Shown: one piece after another, positions 55,808-64,000 of the stretch
How positions within the stretch are numbered: position 1 is the stretch's first letter
Layout: each line of letters starts with the position of its first letter
NCBI GenBank assembly: GCA_039545335.1
Contig: BCIN01000004.1
Location: forward strand, 1,106,925-1,170,924
Source: Kondoa subrosea
Lineage: Eukaryota
Direction: 5' to 3'
Length of the DNA stretch: 64,000 nt
Position numbers and translations under genes: made by a program
The notes under the pieces: generated by a model
The model's input: the letters and a program-made list of their open reading frames with translations, nothing else
Told to the model about the DNA's origin: nothing
Databases searched by the model: none

Positions 55808-57937
55808 TCAGCCCATGTTCCACATCAGGTGCAGTCTGTAGGTAATGAAAGGTATCTTGATGCTGATATGGTTACTACTTTTCCGCCGGTTTACCTTACT
55901 GCCCGCTTGGTTTTTCTGGCGAATTAGGTCGGGGCGAAGACAGCTTGTTGGGGTCTTTCCTAGCAGACAAGAGACTTTGGAAGAAATTGGCCAGCCTGGG
56001 ATGGTATTTAGCCCGAGCTCCGAGACCATTGATCGAGCTTACACCTCATTTTGAGTATTTGGAGTACCGGGAGTCCCTACGCTTGCTTTGCTTCGAAGTG
56101 CGTCAGCCGGCGTGAGCGGCCCATTCCCTAATGATGGTGAAGTATTACTGAAAGTAGGTGAAAGCGGCATTCGAGAATTTGAGGAATTAGGTCCATCCTA
56201 TATCTTATGTGAGGCCCATCACATCGGAGATAATTCAATACTAACCTTGATCGGTACTCTTGTCGTTCGCTCTTCTGTATCTTTTTCCATTGCTTTTTCA
56301 ACTCCAGGTAAACTCAATGAAGAACTGCTCATAGGACCAACTATACCAGGTGAGAAAGCTGCTCTTGCTTCATCAGCCAGATTAGGTGAAGCAGTATTCG
56401 ATCGTCTTGAGAAATGGCTTCTAGGATCTTTGGCTGCTTCTTTCGAAAGGAGTTCAAAGTGCATCCTCAAGAAATCTTGTTCGTCTTGAGCTTTGACTTT
56501 ATTTTGGACTGACGAAGCAGAAGGTCGGTCATCAATTTTGTAATTGACTATACTTTGTTGCCAGATCTTGTTGAGACCTGATTGATCTTCTGACATGGTC
56601 GGATTTACATCTCGTTCCCAAGCATCTCCTGTCGATGCTGGATCAAAGCCTTCCCTTAGTACACCAATCTTGCCCCACGAATCCCAGCCCGAAGGTATTA
56701 TCAGTCCATCTCTGTCAATTACATTGGCACGATATGGAAAAGGAAAAGCTCTTGACGCGCGAGTGGAAGCGACTGGCCTCCTTTGTTGAGGTAAAGGGGA
56801 ACTTTGAGGTTGCGATGAAGGTTCATTAGCTGAAGGTAAATGTACGGAGAAGAGTCGATGCAGGAGGTATGCTTTTAGGCGATTGATCGATGGCCGCTGA
56901 TTCCGCGATACAAAGAAGAGACCAGCTCCGTCTAGTACGAAAGGGTCAGCTTGGCGCCTCTGTTCTTGGGAAGTTCTTACAACGCAAACAGATTGTTCGC
57001 AAAACTTGCTGTATATAGTCGAATTGCTCTTCCTTGAAGTATTTATCCTTCTCCAAGGAATCTATCAAATCAGCCTGCTTTTGCATAAGCGCCCTGCTGA
57101 AACCTTGAGGGCAAATCGCACCTTTGTGACGACAATAACGACAGGTATTGACAGATTGTCCAGCAAAGTCCCTTGCGGTAGCGGTACTATCTCCTCTCCA
57201 TCCAATTGTGCATTGCCCGCCGTACTTGCGGCCAGAGAGGAACCCTCCTGTTTCGGCTCTTGATATGATCTCCAGGTATCTTCTAGCCGTTCTCTGCCCA
57301 TCTCCAACAGGTAATCCACTCTCTCGCCTTGAGCTGAAGATGCTTTGTCGTCGAGCATAGCTTGTTTGGTCTTATGCAGCAGCGAAAACCATCGAGTGAG
57401 ATGAGATATAAAGGTCCAGGGTCGTTCCCAATCTAGTAGGATCACGCAAAGCGAGTCAAGGAGCGTAGAAGGAGCGAGTGCGAGAGGTAACAAGGAGCTA
57501 TAAGGCGATTCTGACGAAGGGATTTGATAGACTCCAACTCGAGCTATGGCTTCTGTTCGTCCGGAGCTCTTGAGCACTGTTATTGAGTCTATGCCATACT
57601 CGACTGACCTTCCTCGCCTTCATCCTTCACGTCCAGATAGTCAAAGGACAGGGCCAAATCCAAGTGAGCAGTTGCAGCAGATTTCTGGACGCTTTCCTGT
57701 CGAGCGATGCCCATCATCTCCAACAGAGTAGTTTTCCCTGTCTCTGCTTCGCCTGCACTCCTTCATAGTTAGCCAATTAGACAGTCTGCAGGGCGAACAA
57801 AGCGCACCGAGTAAGATGATCTGTTTTCTCGGCGTGTCCTTGCTCGACGAAGCTTCGCGTAATATTGAGTTCCAAAGATCTTCTGGCTCATTTTCCAACG
57901 TTGAAGCAGAGCTGGAAGCTGCTGGTTTATCACTCAT
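55808..57937 (-). CDS. Cytoplasmic dynein light intermediate chain
   Basis: DLWNSILREASS, P-loop GEAETGKTTL, ILLDWERPW, PLPQGTLLDNLSIPVVIVVTK, IQQVLRTICL, IPSGWDSWGKI, SLLARK. Confidence 0.9.
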
Positions 57938-58073
57938 TCACAAAAAGTCGTCGCGTATTGTCAACATGCATAAATATGAGAACTACATCGTCCATGTTAT
58001 GCCAAAGTATCCTGTCTATCGCTCGTCTGACTGTCTGAATACCGGAGAACGAGAACAAGCTGAAATCAGATCT

Positions 58074-59402
58074 TCATTTTCGATTCCTTTTCGCAGGTGC
58101 TGCCGACTCGTTCTCTGTTGCAGCTGCATCGAGCTTCTTGGATAAGATGAGATAGTCTGTCGTCTCGCCATCCAGTTCAACAGTAGGCGAGAGGGAATCA
58201 GGTGCGTATCTTTGCTAGCCAAGTAAGCTCTGTCAATTGCGCACAAATCGCGACTGACCCAAGTGCAGTATAGAATTTGACTGCTCCATCGTTTGCTATC
58301 AGGAGTATAGCCCATAAGCCATGAGCGTCCTCGGGATCAAATATACCAAACTGACCTCGAAACACGGTCAACATGACTTTGACAAGATCATACTTCTTGC
58401 CCAACTCTTCTAGCGCAATCATAAGCATCTTTCCTAAGCCTTGACCAACATAGTCAGATTCCAGCTGAACCTCTGTGGCATGACTATCGATATTAGCCAG
58501 ATCCTAGCCAGTCGCAGCTTGACTGACCATAGCAATACTGCTTAGACCTCAGCATACTATCTGCCGATCAAGAATTAGGGCACGTACGACCACATGTTCA
58601 TCTATTTCCTCCCGGTCCGGTTCTTCATCAAATCGATACATAGCATATCCGATCAACTTGCTATACTTCTTCTCATCCTCTGAACCTTTCGGCGTGGCTC
58701 GTAGTATACAGAACCGACTCTTTGCATCAAACAGCTCTTTCTTCTTCTCTTCCGTGGTATACTTGAAACTAGCTTTCTCATACCTACAAAACCAACCCAT
58801 ATCCAATAAGATGAGGAGAGAGTATTCAAAAAGTGGAACACGTACAAGGAAGACATGTTTCGTTGATTCAAATCATAGATCCATTCTTTTTCCTTGTTTG
58901 ATAACTTTGCAGGCCGAATCATTTCACCTTTCAACCTGCACTGATAAATTATGTTTGTGACCTTGTGGAAAGGAAGTAAGACTCACTGAGATCCACCGCG
59001 TAAAGTATGAGACCCTTCTCTAATATCATCTGGTAAGACCGAGTTGAGGGAAACCGAAAGTGCCTGTTTACGTAGTACAAACTTTATATTAGTTTCGTGA
59101 CAGTGGGCACATGCAACAAAGACATGGAGATAGGCGGATCGAGGGAAAGAGATCAGCAGCAGGTCGAGCGGTGCAGTGGGAGAGTTGACCGACTGTACGC
59201 AATGGGCCATTTACCCCGTATAACAAGGCTTGGAGGGATCATGACGCGTGGTCAGGGCATCGTAAGAAGCACAGTGAACGATAAAGAGCGATATAGAGAG
59301 CTCAGGACAAGTGTAAGGGAAAGTAGAATATGAAATGACAGGCAAATGAGACGACTTAGAAAGGGCGAGGAGACTTGCCTTTCTCGCTTTGAGAGCAGCC
59401 AT
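58074..59402 (-). CDS. NAA40: N-alpha-acetyltransferase 40 (NatD/Nat4), GNAT family
   Basis: LNQRNMSSLYEKASF, KKKELFDAKSRF, GYAMYRFDEE, YCYEVQLES...GQGLGKMLM, KVMLTVF..NDGAVKFYTALG, DSLSP, YLILSK. Confidence 0.9.
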
Positions 59403-60405
59403 GATGATTCACAACACTTCAATGCAGCTACGCAGACCAAGGCGCGAGTGTTAAAGGCATGAGAGGCCCTCGCTTGAAATCGTCGCTTTTGGCAGACCGA
59501 AGCAATCTGGGTTTTCTTGTGCAGGGTGCTCTCTTTTCGATGCGGAACCATGATCTGGCAACTTCCTGAGCAGTCTCATCTCACTCTCGCCCCTATTTGA
59601 GGCAAACTCAGATCTGATCTATCGCTGATTTTGGAGCTGGATATGTACAAGCCGAGGTGACGGCGTGCTTTGGTAATCGCAAGAATACATTCTACAGCAC
59701 GGCAGGTATCCAACAAGGCCTTTACAGCCGCATTTCACAGGCAAACATCGACAATAGCTGCACCCAGCTTGAAATTTTCGGTCATGGGCAAGACCAAGAC
59801 ACGGTCGTCGCATTAAACTCAGGTCGGCACTTCTCAAAGCGATCTACGTGTCATTTGCAATGGCCTGCAATGCTCAACGAGCCCTTCAAAGGCCACTATC
59901 CCTAAAGTCATTGGTCATTCCGGAAAATCTCGAACCCTCTTGTTGTTCTCGGTCAACCAATCCGCGCGCGACGTGTGATCGAATTAGACCTCTGTTGGGA
60001 TTTGTCATACCCTTAGAAGACCTATTACCACTTCTACAGAGGCCTTTCATCTCTTCAGGCGCCTGTTCTCGTTTTTCACTCCCGAATTGGGCAATTTCGC
60101 ATAATTGTCACTCCTGCCTGCATTTGGTCGTTTGCTCTGCTTCTTTGGCCTCCGTAATTCTATTGCGACATCAAACGTTGGATACTGGGGTCATCAAGCG
60201 TTAAGAGAGTGAATTGGGAGAGTTGTCATTTTCGGATTGGTACTGTCAACTTACCTGTTGCCTTTTGTACGCTCTATTGCTTCCGAAACGAAGCAGTCAG
60301 TATCTCACAATCTCTGCAGTCGATCAATTACTGCATTGAAGCAAACAGAAGGTCTTTGATTCATCTTCAAGTCATTACATCCTCTTCGCACTCAGCTGTA
60401 TCGGC

Positions 60406-63400
60406 ATGGACCGCGCACAACAGCAATGGAACAATGCAGGGCCAATGAGTAATGGTCAGAGTGAGCAGAAAATGAACGGGAATCAACTCTGGGGAGAAAG
60501 ACCAGCTCGACATAGAGTCATGAGCCATTCTTCAGACCTCTCAAGCAACTCTGGACCAGAAACAACACATTCTCTGTACTCTACAAGTGCTTCTGCAAGT
60601 ACTACAGACATGTCTCGAAGCTTTTACTCTGCACCCAACGAAACTCGAACAAGTCGAACTACCCTATCTCCACCTCAAGGTCATGCATATGCGTCTATGC
60701 CTGACTCGCCGGCTTCCTACTTATCATTCGATACGCAGCAAAAGATGGGTCAGATGAAGGGCTTGGATCAGGATGCATTGCTAGGAGGACAAAGAGAAGG
60801 TGGATCAGCTTACACCACTTCAGCTTCTTCAAGGAGCGATCCTGACTTTCGCTTCTCTCAAGATTCAGGCAGCGTCTTGGGTAGCTCACCACCTTCCGCT
60901 CGACAATCAGACGGAGCTAGATCAACACATCAAGGATCACCACCTACTTCAGCAGCTGAAGCTGCAGCATTAAGCAAATCTCAGGGTGGTTCGCAGCACT
61001 CTTCTCCCGATCCATCCAACACAGAAGCTAGCTACACTTCGGCTCGTCCGAGTGCAGTCTCTGTCCCTTCTTACAACAATGGATCTTCACAGCCGCGAGA
61101 TCAAGCTTCTTCTTTGAACAGCTCTTCCTCTCATCTCAGTCCTCTAAGCCCTTTGGTTCAGCCTTTCAACCCGTCTGGCTTGTCCGCTAGTAACAATACT
61201 GCAGCTGAATCTTCTCCAAACAGTCAAACTACCCAACAAGAGCTTCACGAGCGAGGCTCCTCCTCTTCTCATCTGTCGTCACAGAACCAGCTCAACGGAG
61301 CTGACTACAACAATCCGCAATTTTATCCTTATCGGAACGACATTAGTTCACCTACAGCTCGAGCTGCTATGGCTCCGGCTACAATTTCGGAAAGCGTCAT
61401 GAACACTGCATCTGAATTAGGTCCACCTGGTTCTCTTACTTCAGCCGCCTTCGCAAGTCTTGGTGCTCAATTAGGCATGAGCGGACCTAGTGCTTTGGCA
61501 AGTTTAGCAACTCGCGGTGAAGCCGTACCTCCCTCAAACGCGTCAGCTAACGGAGCAGAAGAAATCTCAACCATCTTCGTTGTTGGTTTTCCCGATGACA
61601 TGCATGAAAGAGAATTTCAAAACATGTTCATCTTTGCACCAGGGTTCGAAGCTGCTACGCTCAAAAGTCCTGGTAGTGGAATGGGACCTTTAGCTTCCGT
61701 CAATCCATCACTTCAACAGAATGGTAATGCTCAGCAACAGAAAGCACCATTTTCTCCTTCAATGTATTCTTCAGCTCAATTCAGCATGGACGGTTACAAT
61801 TCGCCTTATCCTTACGAATCGCAGCAATATGATGATGTGAGGGACAGTTCTCTTTCTCAAATGATGCGCGATCAGCAACAGCAACACACTGCAAGTGGAA
61901 TGAGCAGAGAATCAAGTCAGAACACTACTACAGCTCGAAGACTTACTATCGGTTTTGCCAAGTTCAGAACTAGGCAACAAGCTCTAGATGCAAGAGAGGT
62001 CTTGTCTGGTAGAAGAGTGGATGCAGATCGAGATTGTGTACTCAAGGCTGAAATGGCAAAGAAGAACTTGCACACCAAACGTGGATTGGCTAATGGTGCT
62101 CCCGCAAGTGACGGTTCTTCTGTCGGTGTTGGCAACACGACTGGAAACGCTAGCTTACCGCCTAGTGTCATGGCTTTGGGTCAACGCAATCTAGCAGTCG
62201 CAGCTGCCGCAGCTCTCAACCCTCAGTTCTTGGCCAATGCTCTCGTGCAACAGACACGCGGTGATGTTGGAGGTCAACGTCAGCAATCGCCTGTGTCCGG
62301 TACTTCAGGTGGTCAGCTTGGCGTTGCGGCTTTACTTCGTGAACGCGAACAAGAACCAATGAGCCGAGACTCGAGAAACACAGCTTTCGACGCTTTCCAT
62401 TCTGTTCCACCTGCTCAACTCTCGCCTACTTACCTGCAACACAGCCGAACAGCAGAAGGATCAGCAGTTGCTGCCGCTGATCCTCGCTACAATGCTTACA
62501 ATGGTCCAAGTCGTCATGAGATGTCACCTGGCTTGCTTGAGCTTTCTTCTTCTGCTTCCATTTCACCTGGAATCTCTTCTGCTTCTGCTTATTATCGCAA
62601 CGCGGCTCAGCTCTCCGGTCCCTACGCTCAAATGCAAAGAGATTTGGACGATTCGAACCGTCGGTCTATCATTGGTCATACAGTTGATGGATACACCCAG
62701 CACAATTTCGGCAATTACGGTAAAGAGCAAGACTCGTTCGCCAATCGCAACGGTTACTATCCTTCAAGTTCTGCTTCAACTGGTTTGAGCGGTCGATTTA
62801 ACACTCTTTCGGTCAATACTGGCATGGGTATGGGATCAAGCATGCGATCTAGCTCTCCTCCTTCCGGTGCAATGAGCCCAAGAGGTGCCAATCCGGCTGA
62901 TCAGAATCCACCCATCAACACGCTTTATGTTGGTGGTTTACCAGCTGTGAGTCTATTTTTATACTTGCATTCCTGCAGCTGACAAGAGTATATAGGTCTT
63001 GCCTTCCTTGACTGGACCAATGTCAGCTTCTCACCTCGAAGATAGTCTTCGAGCTGTCTTCTCCCGGTCACCTGGTTTCAAGCGTTTGTGCTTCAGGCAG
63101 AAGTCAAAGTGAGTCGAGTCAAGAGTGAATCTGATGGTCGAATACTTACATCGCCTTTCCAGCGGACCAATGTCGTTCATCGAGTACGAAAATGTGGAAT
63201 ATGCGACTCGAGCATTATCCGACTTATACGGTCACACTTTGGGCGGCTTAGTGAAAGGAGGCATCCGGTTGAGCTACTCCAAGAATCCATTGGTGAGTTC
63301 CCAATTAATCTATCCTGTACTTTCTTTGACATGCAATTACAGGGCGTTCGCTCGAACAGTGTTTCTCAGAATGGCTTCACTAACGGTCCTCTATCACCTG

Positions 63401-63594
63401 GCATGAATGGCTATGGCTCTGATCCTTATTCTCTTACACCGACTTCAGCACGTCGACCAACTCTAGATCCGTTCTATCAACCTCAAAGTGCCGGCTTCCG
63501 CTCACTTACGCCTAGAGTGCAATCGCCAACAGCAAGCATGCCTTTCAGTCCCTTCTCTGTCAACCCGATGGACTTTGGCGAGCACAACTATTAG
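60406..63594 (+). CDS. RRM RNA-binding protein, Whi3/Scw1 (RBPMS-like) type, with large low-complexity regions
   Basis: EEISTIFVVGFPDDMHEREFQNMF...IGFAKFRTRQQA...LKAEMAKKNLH; NPADQNPPINTLYVGGLP, GFKRLCFRQKS, LYGHTLGGLVKGGIRLSYSKNPLG. Confidence 0.88.
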
Positions 63595-64000
63595 GCGACA
63601 CGAATCATCTTACTGCATCCACGCATTTTCGCATGTTCATTGCATTTCTAATCGCACATCAAACATTTTACGCTTTATGTACAACATAATTTTTTTTTCT
63701 TCTCGCCCTTTCATCTTCACATGTGGTCATCACCTTTCTTTCAAATCGGGGCGTCTTCTGTCTTCCACCACAAAGTATCGCCATTGCTGTGCATCGTTGT
63801 CTGCGTCATTCATTGTTCTTTTACTGGCTTGGTCAAGAAGTACTTCATAAAACAAAAACAAAAAACTCTCAAAGCAAGAAGAATTCAAACTTTCAAGATC
63901 CCATTTCTTAAATCCCTGAAACATCTCTATACCAATTACGGTCTGTCTCGCTCTCGCATTGTGTTGTGACAAAGCATTGGTATATGGCCATCAAGAGAAG

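Noticed and set aside
59185..59255. SECIS-like or TPP-riboswitch-like reading of the NAA40 intron hairpin
   Set aside because: Intronic location, no in-frame UGA gene nearby, and no TPP consensus core.

Overview
Gene-dense, intron-rich fungal nuclear DNA. Short 40-65 nt GT-AG introns, many micro-exons and the protein families suggest a basidiomycete (Pucciniomycotina-like; inference). About 29 protein-coding genes were reconstructed by hand-splicing, so exon boundaries are approximate. Housekeeping genes include SDH1, eIF2-gamma, UBP2, histone H1, DNA pol eta, MED7, a Usv1/Rgm1-type zinc finger, RRF1, ATE1, DRE2, YRB1, EMP24, dynein light intermediate chain, NAA40 and a Whi3/Scw1-type RRM protein. 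They flank an accessory island of about 16 kb (39.3-55.2 kb): P450 <-> TRI12-like MFS pump, EthD-like protein <-> C2H2/fungal-specific TF, a small secreted Cys protein, a second P450 and a sugar porter with about 26 introns. The island has no core synthase, and both of its divergent promoters carry the 9-mer CCCCAGATT. Splicing oddities: two adjacent introns with identical 24-nt 5' ends around a 10-nt exon, 3/5/6-nt micro-exons, and two GC-AG introns, one unusually long. No rRNA, tRNA, transposon or CRISPR evidence was seen.
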